Positions 1 through 9,821 of a stretch of 64,000 nt of DNA are shown here, one piece after another. Source of the stretch: Candidatus Zhuqueibacterota bacterium. Its GTDB lineage: Bacteria > Zhuqueibacterota > Zhuqueibacteria > Oceanimicrobiales > Oceanimicrobiaceae. The stretch covers positions 182-64,181 of the forward strand of contig JAJDAE010000296.1 of the NCBI GenBank assembly GCA_029262035.1, given 5' to 3'. Made by a program: the position numbers and the translations under genes. Every line of letters begins with the position of its first letter. Position 1 is the first letter of the stretch. The notes under the pieces are model-generated. The model was not told the origin of the DNA. It ran no database searches and worked only from the letters and a program-made list of their open reading frames with translations.

Positions 1-522
1 GCCGTCATTATTTATATCACCTGCACTTGATAGGTCGACTCCAAAATATCCAGATCTATCTTCTTTCTCAAAAATGACATCGGCGACCGAATCCACTGGG
101 TTACCGCCATAATATATAGCCACATATCTACTGCACATAACTAAAACATCTGAATAACCGTCATTATTTACATCGCCGGCGGGTTTTACTGTTTGTCCAA
201 AACTATCTCTTTCTTTTTCACCGCTTATAATTAAATCAGGGGCATCATTGCTTGGAATTGAACTGCCACCATAATAAATATAGACTTTCCCTTTTCTTAT
301 CCCGGTTTCATAAGTTGCAGCATAGGGCAAACCGATTGCCCAATCATCATAGCCATCGTTATTGACATCACCTACATAAGATACGATTTCTCCTAACCCG
401 CTGCCATTTCTGCCCGACGGTGGGAGGCCTTTGTCCAGTTTCGTTATTAAATCCAAAGATTGCATCGCAAATGATGTACAAAAAAATAGGAACATAGTTA
501 AAACGGTTAATAGTTTCATCAT
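1..522 (-). CDS. FG-GAP repeat (integrin-alpha-like beta-propeller) secreted protein, partial; 3' end lies outside the window
   Basis: Not in ORF track. Manual translation: MMKLLTVLTMFLFFCTSFA signal peptide, then GDVNNDGYDDWAIG..GKVYIYYG and AGDVNNDGYSDV repeats. GGGGA RBS upstream. Confidence 0.85.
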   Translation of the reverse strand, partial: MMKLLTVLTMFLFFCTSFAMQSLDLITKLDKGLPPSGRNGSGLGEIVSYVGDVNNDGYDDWAIGLPYAATYETGIRKGKVYIYYGGSSIPSNDAPDLIISGEKERDSFGQTVKPAGDVNNDGYSDVLVMCSRYVAIYYGGNPVDSVADVIFEKEDRSGYFGVDLSSAGDINNDG

Positions 523-1172
523 GTTTCCCCTATATCTTGCCTATAATTAAGCTATTTTGGCACTAACGCCTTATTAATTTGCCGCATGGATTTAGCCACG
601 CTGCTTTTACAAATACAAAACTATTTTAATACACAAAATTCAAAACTAAGCCAACAGCCATGCGGTCAGATGTTTAAAAGCTACAAAGCCTGCTACCGCA
701 CAAATGCCCAAAACGAAACGTGGGTTTAGCACGAAACGCAGGACTGAGTACGGCTTGAAATGTTACACTTAAACTGCCCACCGCTTTAATGGGGGTGGTG
801 TCTCCCAAACGGGGACGGGATGATTGTCTTTTGGATGACTGTCTAACTCTAAAGACTCATATTATTTAAACAATTCCCCCAAATAATGCAACCACTACCG
901 ACAATTTTAAAAAGCACTTTGACAGGACAAACAGGATTTTCCCAACTGTTTCTTTTAACCTTTCAGGTTCTAAATATTTGGATTTTGAACTCCTAATACG
1001 CTACTCTGGCACGCCGGGTTTGTACACAAATTTTAGTTAAAACAACCATTGTTTGCCAATTCCCAAATTTCTAAAAATCACGGGTCTGAATAGGCTTCCC
1101 TACCAGTAACGGGCTAGGAACCGCCGCTACTATGGCACACAACCCACAGCACCACAAATGTTCAAATAAATG

Positions 1173-1835
1173 CTATAGTAAATTCAAAAAGATATATCCG
1201 ATAGAAATCGTAAAGCCAAGATTACCGTCATCGTCTTTGAAACCATCAGGTGAAATAAATATGCTATTATGAGTTTTGTGCTTAATACTAATATTGAATT
1301 CAAAACTGCCTACGAATATATCACTGAAGTGTGACTCACCGTCTTTCACCAACTCAGTAGAAAAAGCACTTAAGCTCAAAACAGGAACTATGTTGACATT
1401 TTGAGATCTGGGTTTAAAATGATAAAAACTAATACCGGCGGCAACTGTATTTGAATGAAGAGATTCAACATTTACTCTTCTTTTGTTGCCCGAGAATACA
1501 ACTCGCTCGTAGGCCACTGAAAAAGCAGCACAAAGCCCATTTGTTTTAACCAGATGAATTGCCAGTGAAGGGCCGATTCCAATAGCACTTAGATCAACGG
1601 TTTCCAATATCCTTTCTTTTAAGTCTAAATATTCCAATGAGAAGCCGAAATCAAACATTCCCTTTAAAGAAGCCCCAATTGCTGTTCCAAAGCCAATTGA
1701 GTTGTCGTTAACACCAACAGTTTCTTGTATACCAAATCCATTTGCTCCTTTGGGCACAAAGATACCCTGGCATTGAGCATGATATGTGCTAACTAAGAAA
1801 AAAACAAGTGCGGTGATTACAACAATGTACTTCAT
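1173..1835 (-). CDS. Secreted hypothetical protein, probable small outer-membrane beta-barrel
   Basis: Signal peptide, alternating amphipathic strands, C-terminal ISIGYIF motif. Confidence 0.6.
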   Translation of the reverse strand: MKYIVVITALVFFLVSTYHAQCQGIFVPKGANGFGIQETVGVNDNSIGFGTAIGASLKGMFDFGFSLEYLDLKERILETVDLSAIGIGPSLAIHLVKTNGLCAAFSVAYERVVFSGNKRRVNVESLHSNTVAAGISFYHFKPRSQNVNIVPVLSLSAFSTELVKDGESHFSDIFVGSFEFNISIKHKTHNSIFISPDGFKDDDGNLGFTISIGYIFLNLL

Positions 1836-1919
1836 TCGATTTTTTTCCTTCCTAACAATATATTAGTGCTCCAAATGTTATAATAATGATAAGTCAACAA
1901 CATCACTCAAAAAACCTCT

Positions 1920-3212
1920 TTATAAATACTTAATTTCCCGCGCAAAGCTCTCCAATTCACCACGAAAATCGGGATGGGCAATCTGAATCAAAGCCTCTGC
2001 CCTTTCCCGTAAACACTTGCCGTGCAGGCTTGCGAGACCGTATTCCGTCGCAACATAATGTACGTCTGCCCTGCTGGTTACCACGCCGGCGCCTTCTTTT
2101 AAGTGGGGCACAATTCGGGAAACCTGCCCTTTTTTAGCCGTGGCCGGCAGCGCAATAATCGGCTTACCATCTTTGGCTCTGGCAGCGCCCCGAATAAAAT
2201 CAACCTGTCCGCCAAACCCGGAATAAATCGAATAGCCCATAGAGTCTGAGCAAACCTGACCGGTTATGTCAATCTCTACGGCAGAATTAATAGCAACAAT
2301 GCCATCATTCTTTGCGATAACAAAAGGGTCATTGGTGTAGTCGGCCTGGTGCAATTCAAATACCGGATTATTGTGGCAGTATTCATAAAGCTCCTGACTG
2401 CCCAAAATAAATGTGGCGATAACTTTTCCGGGGTGTAAGGTTTTGTAAGCGTTGGTGACAATACCCGATTCAATGGACCGCATGACGCCATCCGAAACCA
2501 TCTCGGTGTGGATGCCTAAATCTTTCCTGTCATGCAATAGCGAAAGTAGCGCGTCGGGAATACCGCCGATTCCCATTTGCAGCGTAGAGCGATCTTCGAT
2601 AAGCGGCATAATATGTTCTGCTATTTTTTTCTCAACATTTGTAGAAGGCCGCGCTTCTAAATTGGGTAATTCCTGCGTATGTTCAACAATTTTATCTATT
2701 TTCGAGACATGGATAAAACTATCCCCAAGCGCACGCGGCATTTTTCCATTGACCTGAGCAATAGTTATTGCAGCGTTTTCTGCGGCAGCTTTTGAAGCCA
2801 CATTTTCAATTCCCATAGAAACAAACCCGTGCTCATCCGGCGGCGATGTTTGAATAATCACCGCATCCAACTTGATTTGATGGCGTAAAAGGTTAGGGAC
2901 TTCATGCAAAAAAATCGGGTAATAATCAGCCCGACCATCGTTAATCGCTTTTCTATCGGCCGGCCCGACAAAAATAGATTTATGTCTAAAATGGCCTTCC
3001 ATCCCCGGCTGGGAAAGCGGATCGTCACCAAGCAAAAGCATGTGGAAGACTTCGACACCCTCCAACTCATCTTTGCGCTCGGCCAGGGCATTTAAGAGGA
3101 GATATGGCGTGGCAGCATTTCCCGACGTAAAAACTTTATCATAGCTCTTTATTTCAGAAACCGCCTCGGCTGCAGAAACCGTTTTATTTTTATAATTTTC
3201 AATCCATTTCAT
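1920..3212 (-). CDS. Acetyl-CoA hydrolase / 4-hydroxybutyrate CoA-transferase family protein
   Basis: LQMGIGGIP, catalytic HTEM, SGFGGQVDF, VATEYG and IAHPDFR motifs. Confidence 0.92.
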   Translation of the reverse strand: MKWIENYKNKTVSAAEAVSEIKSYDKVFTSGNAATPYLLLNALAERKDELEGVEVFHMLLLGDDPLSQPGMEGHFRHKSIFVGPADRKAINDGRADYYPIFLHEVPNLLRHQIKLDAVIIQTSPPDEHGFVSMGIENVASKAAAENAAITIAQVNGKMPRALGDSFIHVSKIDKIVEHTQELPNLEARPSTNVEKKIAEHIMPLIEDRSTLQMGIGGIPDALLSLLHDRKDLGIHTEMVSDGVMRSIESGIVTNAYKTLHPGKVIATFILGSQELYEYCHNNPVFELHQADYTNDPFVIAKNDGIVAINSAVEIDITGQVCSDSMGYSIYSGFGGQVDFIRGAARAKDGKPIIALPATAKKGQVSRIVPHLKEGAGVVTSRADVHYVATEYGLASLHGKCLRERAEALIQIAHPDFRGELESFAREIKYL

Positions 3213-3246
3213 CGAAATCTCGTCTCCTGTTTCACCTGCTCAGTTT

Positions 3247-4368
3247 TCATTGCGGCAATTGTGACTGTAAATCAGTGTATTCAAGCTCAAATAACTCCGC
3301 CAGGGATTTTGAGGTAGCGTGTCCCCGATAGAAGTAAGCGCCCTTTCGCAGACATGAGTATTTTTGAAATACTTTCTCCAGTCCGATCCGGCTAACCTGC
3401 ATTATCCACGGCAGAATGGAATTATTCAGAGCGTGGGATGCAGTGCGTGCAACCGAAGCGGTAATGTTCGGCACACAATAATGAATCACTCCGTCCTCAA
3501 CAAAAACCGGCGATGATAAAGTGGTCGGCCTGCTGGTCTCAATACAGCCGCCCTGATCGATTGCAACATCGATGCTGACCGCACCGGGTTTCATCTCCTT
3601 CACCAGTTCCTTTGAAATTAGATGAGGGGTTTTGCTGCCGTGAATGAGCACTGCCCCAACCAACACATCTGCAAAACGCGCCGCTCGCTCAACCAACAAA
3701 GGCGTGACAATGGAGGTTGAAATCCGTTTGCCGAGCAGCCGGGTCACTTCTCTTAGCCGATCGATATTTCTATCCATTATAAGAACCTGAGCGCCCAGGG
3801 CAGCAAAAGCACTTGCAGCCGTAAACCCGACCGTACCGGCGCCAAGAATAACCACGTTCGCCGGAGGGATTCCTGCTACACCCGCCAATGCAATTCCTCT
3901 GCCGCCAACATTACTTTCCAGGAATCTCCCGGCAATTTGCGGCAGCAATCCGCCTGCGATTTCACTCATCGCGATTAAAATCGGCAAGGTGCCATCAGGT
4001 TGTTCGGTAAATTCATAGCCAAGGGCAGTCACACCATTTTTATTCAGGAGATCAATAACCGGCTTGCGCATGATGCCCAAATTAAGAAAAGAAAACAGCA
4101 TATTTCCCGATTCCAAAAAAGCAACCTCATCCTCAATCGGCGGTTCAACTTTCACAATCAGGTCGGAACGGAGAAAAACCTCTTCATGCGAAAACACCAA
4201 CTCCGCCCCAACTTCGAGGAATTCCTGATCGGAAAAACCACAGGATTCACCTGCGCCTTTTTCGACATAAACCGTGTGGCCTTCGTTGGTGAGCGCATAA
4301 ACGCCAACCGGAGTAAGCGCAACACGCCGCTCCTCAACTGAGACTTCATTTGGTATGCCTATGTTCAT
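3247..4368 (-). CDS. ald: Alanine dehydrogenase family protein with a divergent active site
   Basis: IGIPNE..ERRVALTP, MSEIAG, GAGTVG Rossmann motif, DVAIDQGG, HYCVPN. KVKEP reads KVEPP and YLHL reads FLNL. Confidence 0.75.
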   Translation of the reverse strand: MNIGIPNEVSVEERRVALTPVGVYALTNEGHTVYVEKGAGESCGFSDQEFLEVGAELVFSHEEVFLRSDLIVKVEPPIEDEVAFLESGNMLFSFLNLGIMRKPVIDLLNKNGVTALGYEFTEQPDGTLPILIAMSEIAGGLLPQIAGRFLESNVGGRGIALAGVAGIPPANVVILGAGTVGFTAASAFAALGAQVLIMDRNIDRLREVTRLLGKRISTSIVTPLLVERAARFADVLVGAVLIHGSKTPHLISKELVKEMKPGAVSIDVAIDQGGCIETSRPTTLSSPVFVEDGVIHYCVPNITASVARTASHALNNSILPWIMQVSRIGLEKVFQKYSCLRKGAYFYRGHATSKSLAELFELEYTDLQSQLPQ

Positions 4369-4436
4369 GCAACGGTCCTCCTATGTCAGCAAAAATTCCA
4401 CATTTTCGATATTTCATGGCCGGGTTTAAAACGAAG

Positions 4437-4643
4437 TCAGCAGTCCTTCACCGCTCGGTTTCTCATTTTTTCAGCCTGTTCTTTTGCACATTCTAAAATA
4501 CACAAATCTGAAAAGCTCAAAATAGGATCAAAGCTATTGTTAACCTTCATACTGCATTCCGATGCAGCTTCCCGCCCATTAGGACATCGTAGTTCAGATA
4601 AAGGACAGATGCCGGAAACTACAGAATTTCCTTTTTCTTTCAT
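4437..4643 (-). CDS. Small Cys-rich hypothetical protein (68 aa)
   Basis: Same strand as the operon, fills the gap, GAGGG RBS 7 nt before ATG, 6 Cys. Confidence 0.5.
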   Translation of the reverse strand: MKEKGNSVVSGICPLSELRCPNGREAASECSMKVNNSFDPILSFSDLCILECAKEQAEKMRNRAVKDC

Positions 4644-4658
4644 TTATTTTCCCTCTTC

Positions 4659-6146
4659 TCAAAGAACTTCTTCTTTGTGTTTTTTAGGCTTAGCCTTTGC
4701 CCTGCCAAATTCAAAGCCTTTGGCAAGCGCCTCTTTATTAATAGCAAATAGTTCTTTCCTTTTTACCACTGTTTTAGTGGCTGCTAAAACGCTTTCAACG
4801 GAAAGTAAGTTCGTATAACCAAGATAGGCACCCAGCATAACGACATTGGCCACCCTCGGCTCTTTCAATTCATCAGCAAATTCTGTTGCAGGTACATAAA
4901 CCGGCTCAACATCCTGACGCTCAACTTTCCTTTTAATCAGAGAACTGTTCATGAAGATTACGCCATTCGGGCGCACCTCGTCTTCAAACTTCTCGAGCGA
5001 TGGTAAATTCATGGCGATAAGTACGTCCGTTTCCGATACCAACGGTGAACCGATACGTTTGTCCGAAATAATAACATGACAATTTGCCGTGCCACCACGC
5101 ATCTCCGGGCCGTAAGAAGGCAGCCAGGTTGAAAACAATTCCGACATCATCGCGCTCTGAGCCAGCAGTTGTCCAAGCAACAAAACTCCCTGACCGCCAA
5201 AACCCGCTATTTTAATTCGCGGATCTAAATAGTTGGCCGTAACATCAGTTTGCGGAAAAGATACTTTTGCTGTTTGTGCGGTACCGCCCAATAATTCCAT
5301 AATTTCCTTTTTAGTCGGCTCCACCTCTTTTTCACGTTTGGATTTGGTTATACCCGTATCCTCTTTTTTCAAGGCGCCGTTTTTATCCTTAAGAACATTG
5401 AGTTTAAAGTAATCTGACAACACATCCTCAATCCATTTTTTTGAATCAACCGGCGTCATCTTCCAACCTGTAGGGCAAGCAGACAAAATCTCAATAAAGG
5501 AAAAACCCCGTCCATCAATTTGATTTTGAATTCCCTTTCGAATAGCCTTGCGGGCTTTCATTAAATGTTTGGCGTCCGTAATTGCCACGCGTTCAATATA
5601 AACCGGCGCTTCAAGCGTTGCCAGGAGTTCGCTCATGCGAATTGGATATCCTTCATTTTCCGCGCTTCGTCCGCGTGGGGTAGTCGTGGTTTTTTGCCCG
5701 AGCAATGTAGTGGGCGCCATTTGTGAACCGGTCATACCGTAGATTGCATTGTTCACAAAAATGACTGTGATGTTTTCGCCCCGATTTGCCGCCTGGATAA
5801 TATTGTTGCCCCCGATTGCTGCTAAATCGCCATCCCCCTGGTAGCTAATTACGACGGAGTCCGGCAGCGCCCTTTTGATTCCAGTGGCCACGGCCGGAGC
5901 CCTGCCATGCGCCGCCTGTACATTGCCGCATTTAAAATAATAATAGCCAAAAACTGAGCATCCGACCGGACTAACAAATACCGTTTTTTCACGAATGCCA
6001 AAATCATCCATTGTTTCCGCGATGAGTTTATGAACAACGCCATGTCCACAACCCGGGCAGTAATGTGTTGACTCCGGGTTTGCGCCGGGTTTGCGTGTAA
6101 ACTCCCCGTAGAAAGACTCCGGTTTCTCTAATATTTCTTTTGCCAT
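4659..6146 (-). CDS. 2-oxoacid:ferredoxin oxidoreductase, fused beta (TPP-binding) and gamma subunits (VOR-like)
   Basis: YCPGCGH and GDGD..NN..YGMTG (beta); AGFGGQG and YGPEMRGG (gamma). Start moved to ATG 6146, which has an AGAGG RBS. Confidence 0.92.
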   Translation of the reverse strand: MAKEILEKPESFYGEFTRKPGANPESTHYCPGCGHGVVHKLIAETMDDFGIREKTVFVSPVGCSVFGYYYFKCGNVQAAHGRAPAVATGIKRALPDSVVISYQGDGDLAAIGGNNIIQAANRGENITVIFVNNAIYGMTGSQMAPTTLLGQKTTTTPRGRSAENEGYPIRMSELLATLEAPVYIERVAITDAKHLMKARKAIRKGIQNQIDGRGFSFIEILSACPTGWKMTPVDSKKWIEDVLSDYFKLNVLKDKNGALKKEDTGITKSKREKEVEPTKKEIMELLGGTAQTAKVSFPQTDVTANYLDPRIKIAGFGGQGVLLLGQLLAQSAMMSELFSTWLPSYGPEMRGGTANCHVIISDKRIGSPLVSETDVLIAMNLPSLEKFEDEVRPNGVIFMNSSLIKRKVERQDVEPVYVPATEFADELKEPRVANVVMLGAYLGYTNLLSVESVLAATKTVVKRKELFAINKEALAKGFEFGRAKAKPKKHKEEVL

Positions 6147-6171
6147 AATTTTCCTCTTTCTGTTTTGATGG

Positions 6172-7239
6172 CTAATTGCCATTCTTGTTTAAGTCGTTAT
6201 TAAGTTTTTTAATCTCTTGCAAAATCTCCTCTGGTGACGGCACCGACCCACCCATTCTACCATAGAATTTTGTGGGACGTCGGCCGTCCAGCGCCAGGCG
6301 AACATCATCCACCATTTGGCCGTTGCTAAGCTCTGCGACCAGAAAGACAGAAGCTGTCTCCGCCAATTCCTGAATTCGTTTGACCGGAAAGGGGAACAAA
6401 GTAATGGGACGCAACAACCCGACAGCTATGCCTTGTGCTCTTGCCGCTTCAACCGCAGTCTGTAAAATTCGTGACACGATGCCGTACCCCACGATGATAA
6501 TCTCCGCGTCGTCGGTGTAAATCTGTTCCCAGCGAACTTCATGGTCAGAGATCTCGCGGTACTTCTGCTGCAATTTTTCATTGTGCGCCTCGAGTACCGG
6601 CGCCTCCAGGTAGATGGATGAGACGAGATTATTAGCAGTTTCCGGTGTGCCATCAACTGCCCACGGTTTAGCCGGTAATTCTGTGACCGGTTCCGGAAGT
6701 TGGACCGGCTCCATCATCTGTCCGACAAAACCATCTGTGAGAATTACCGCCGGCGTACGATATTTATCAGCAAGCTCGAAAGCCAGCATGGTCAAATCGC
6801 ACATTTCCTGGGCGCAATTCGGCGCGAGCACAATCAATTTATAATTGCCGTGGCCGCCGCCCTTAACCATTTGATTATAATCGCTCTGTTCAGGCGCTAT
6901 ATTGCCAAGACCGGGACCGCCGCGCATGACATCCACCAGCACCATCGGCAACTCCGCACCGGCAGCATACGAAATGCCTTCCAGCTTCAGGCTTATACCC
7001 GGGCTGGATGAAGCCGTCATCACCCGCTGTCCGGTTGATGCAGCCCCATATACCATATTAATTGCAGCTACTTCACTCTCGGCTTGTAAAAATGTACCGC
7101 CAATTTGTGGGAAATTTATAGCAGCTGACTCTGCTACTTCACTGGCCGGTGTAATCGGGTAGCCATAAAATGCTTTGCACCCGGAAAGGATGGCCCCCTT
7201 AATTACCGCCTCATTTCCTTTAACTAAAATTCGTGACAT
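6172..7239 (-). CDS. vorB: 2-oxoacid:ferredoxin oxidoreductase alpha subunit (VorB-like)
   Basis: [26 protein letters not shown] motifs. Confidence 0.88.
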   Translation of the reverse strand: MSRILVKGNEAVIKGAILSGCKAFYGYPITPASEVAESAAINFPQIGGTFLQAESEVAAINMVYGAASTGQRVMTASSSPGISLKLEGISYAAGAELPMVLVDVMRGGPGLGNIAPEQSDYNQMVKGGGHGNYKLIVLAPNCAQEMCDLTMLAFELADKYRTPAVILTDGFVGQMMEPVQLPEPVTELPAKPWAVDGTPETANNLVSSIYLEAPVLEAHNEKLQQKYREISDHEVRWEQIYTDDAEIIIVGYGIVSRILQTAVEAARAQGIAVGLLRPITLFPFPVKRIQELAETASVFLVAELSNGQMVDDVRLALDGRRPTKFYGRMGGSVPSPEEILQEIKKLNNDLNKNGN

Positions 7240-7281
7240 AATCAGCAACTCTCCTAATTTTTTAAAATTGTATGGTAAGTT

Positions 7282-7599
7282 TCAATTGGCCTTTTTCCGC
7301 TTATAAACACGGATTGAACCAGGTTCGGGACAAATATAAAAGCAAACTCCACATGAGGTACAGCGTTCGCCTGCATATTCTGCCGGGCGATACCCCATCT
7401 TATTCAGATTCTTCGAAACCACCAGCACCCCCGGCGGGCAGGCTTCGATGCAAAGCAAACATCCTTTACACAAATCGGCTTCAATTTCCACCCTACCGGC
7501 AGATTTGTCTTTGTAACCTACTGTAAATTCATCTACTTCGCCTGAAGTTGTCACCTTACCCTTTTGACTATTTTTCACTTCAGTATTTTCTTCAAGCAT
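7282..7599 (-). CDS. 2x[4Fe-4S] ferredoxin-type delta subunit of the oxidoreductase
   Basis: CKGCLLCIEACP and CTSCGVCFYICPE motifs. Confidence 0.9.
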   Translation of the reverse strand: MLEENTEVKNSQKGKVTTSGEVDEFTVGYKDKSAGRVEIEADLCKGCLLCIEACPPGVLVVSKNLNKMGYRPAEYAGERCTSCGVCFYICPEPGSIRVYKRKKAN

Positions 7600-7824
7600 G
7601 ATAACTCCTTTGTGGATTTTTCAGTTTTTGAGATTTAATATTTTAATGTGGTAAATTGATTTGGGAAGAATACAGCTTTGGAGATGATTAAAATGTGGGA
7701 TGTTTAGATAGTTTTTGGCTTTTGTAGAAGCCTGATAAAGATTTCGCACACAAGAACATTGATTCAAGACCAACACAATTTTACCCATTCAAATCCCATC
7801 CTTCATTCTAACCAGTATTTACAC

Positions 7825-7840
7825 TGAAAAAATTATGCCA
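7825..7840 (-). promoter_or_regulatory. Possible sigma54 (-24/-12) promoter of the oxidoreductase operon
   Basis: Minus strand reads TGGCATAATTTTTTCA: strong -24 box, -12 is TTTC instead of TTGC. Confidence 0.35.
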
Positions 7841-7994
7841 GAAAAAAGAGGAAACTCACGCCTATTTTCACCAAACGCAAGCAGATATAAATCAAATATT
7901 TAAGGGGATGTTCTAAAAAATAAGGGTTATTACAATTTTCTTAGTTTTGGTAAATAGATGGTGGGGTTCTTCTTAGTTGTGGGAAAGGGGAATC

Positions 7995-8357
7995 TTATTT
8001 TGAAGAACAGACCTTTATACGGCCGACATAAATTAAAGCATACGCCAAAATAAGAGTACCAATAATTATAACATAAATATTGCTGATCGCGAAGATAAGC
8101 GAGAACCCTCCAAAACCGGCTATGCACGACAAGGCCAATATCTTAGCCGGCAATGGCATGCATCTATTATTCTGCCACTGCTTTATCGTTGGGCCAAATA
8201 TTGGATTCGCCAAAAGCCACCCATGCCACTTATCGGAGGACTTTGCAAAACAGGCTGCTGCAACTAATAAAAATGGCGTGGTCGGGAGCAAAGGTAAAAA
8301 TACACCCAGAGCGGCTAAACCAACAAACATAAAACCAAGTGACTTGTATAATAGCAT
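7995..8357 (-). CDS. ybaN: YbaN (DUF454) family membrane protein
   Basis: LGVFLPLLPTTPFLLVAAACFAKSS signature. Confidence 0.88.
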   Translation of the reverse strand: MLLYKSLGFMFVGLAALGVFLPLLPTTPFLLVAAACFAKSSDKWHGWLLANPIFGPTIKQWQNNRCMPLPAKILALSCIAGFGGFSLIFAISNIYVIIIGTLILAYALIYVGRIKVCSSK

Positions 8358-8372
8358 GACTATGAAATGGGA

Positions 8373-9818
8373 TTACTTCAGTTTTACCAATTCTTCGCGC
8401 AGAATATCATTCACAACTTTCGGATTGGCCTGGCCACGGGTAGCGCGCATAACCTGCCCCACAAGAAAACCGATAACCTGCTCCTTGCCGCCCAGAAACT
8501 TTTCAACTTCATTGGGGTTATCCGCTAATACTTTTTTAACTTGCTCAGAAAGTTCGGAAGTATCAGAAATCTGAACCAGGTTCTTTTCTGTAATGATGGC
8601 CTCGGGGCTCTTGCCGGTTTCAACAGCTTCAGATAGTACGACTTTGGCAGTTTTGGCATTGACGGCACCCTCACTGACAGATTTTATAAGCAAACCTAAA
8701 TTTTCCGGGGAGACTTTAAAGTTGTTAATGTCGCTATCGCCTTCTTTTAAATAGCGCATTACTTCACCCATAACCCAATTACTGGCCTGCTTGGCATCGC
8801 CAGAGGTTTTTACAACTTTTTCAAAATAATCAGCAAGTGGTTTCTGGTCGGTGAGGACTTCAGCATCATATGGCGGCAATTTGTAACTTTCGACAAAACG
8901 GTTTTGTCGCGCCTTCGGCAGTTCAGGTAAAGAATTTTCAATCTTTTTAATCCAGTCGTCGCTGATCATCACCGGGGTTAAATCCGGATCAGGGAAATAT
9001 CGATAGTCGTGTGAGAACTCTTTGCTGCGCATTGGAATGGCGACATTTTTATCTGCATCCCACAGAAGCGTTTGTTGTAGAATTTGTTCGCCGTTTTTAG
9101 CGCAGGTTATTTGTCGGCTGATTTCGTACTCCAACGCTTTTTCTACGCCACGGAATGAGTTCATATTCTTAAGCTCGGTTTTAACTCCCAGCTCGGTTTG
9201 GCCTTTTGGCCGGATGGAAATATTGGCATCGCAGCGTAAACTGCCCTCCTCCATGTTGCCATCACATATTTCGAGGTATTGCACAATTTGCCGAATCTGA
9301 GTCAGGAAAGCGTAAGCTTCCTGTGGTGATCTCATGTCCGGTTCACTGACGATTTCTATGAGAGGCGTGCCGCAACGGTTGACATCAATCAGGGTTTCAT
9401 TGGCAGCAACAAACGTCTCCGAATGTACAGATTTACCGGCATCTTCTTCCAAATGAATTCTGGTGATGCCAATGCGTTTTTTGCCATTCTCCGTTTCAAT
9501 ATCCAGATAACCGTGTTCGCAGATCGGCTCTTCAAACTGGGAGATTTGGTAGCCTTTCGGTGAATCCGGGTAAAAATAATTTTTACGCGCGAAGATAGAA
9601 AGCGGTGCAATTTTACAGTTGGTCGCCAATCCCATGCGCATGGCATAGTTCACGACTTGTTTGTTCAAAACAGGGAGAACACCGGGCAGCCCCAGACACA
9701 CCGGGTCAACTTTTGAATTGGGATCGCCACCAAAAGCAGCACTGCTGTATGAAAAAATTTTGCTTTGGGTTTGTAGCTGCGAGTGAATTTCCAGACCGAT
9801 AACGACTTCGTATTCCAT
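8373..9818 (-). CDS. gatB: Asp/Glu-tRNA amidotransferase subunit B
   Basis: IGLEIH, RKNYFYPD, HLEEDAGK, YRYFPDPDL, C-terminal Yqey-like tail. Confidence 0.98.
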   Translation of the reverse strand: MEYEVVIGLEIHSQLQTQSKIFSYSSAAFGGDPNSKVDPVCLGLPGVLPVLNKQVVNYAMRMGLATNCKIAPLSIFARKNYFYPDSPKGYQISQFEEPICEHGYLDIETENGKKRIGITRIHLEEDAGKSVHSETFVAANETLIDVNRCGTPLIEIVSEPDMRSPQEAYAFLTQIRQIVQYLEICDGNMEEGSLRCDANISIRPKGQTELGVKTELKNMNSFRGVEKALEYEISRQITCAKNGEQILQQTLLWDADKNVAIPMRSKEFSHDYRYFPDPDLTPVMISDDWIKKIENSLPELPKARQNRFVESYKLPPYDAEVLTDQKPLADYFEKVVKTSGDAKQASNWVMGEVMRYLKEGDSDINNFKVSPENLGLLIKSVSEGAVNAKTAKVVLSEAVETGKSPEAIITEKNLVQISDTSELSEQVKKVLADNPNEVEKFLGGKEQVIGFLVGQVMRATRGQANPKVVNDILREELVKLK

Positions 9819-9821
9819 AAA

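Noticed and set aside
918..940. TTTGACAGGACAAACAGGATTTT short tandem-like motif
   Set aside because: Only two degenerate units, too little to call a repeat element
1007..1024. TGGCACG, a sigma54 -24-like box
   Set aside because: No GC at the -12 position and no downstream plus-strand gene
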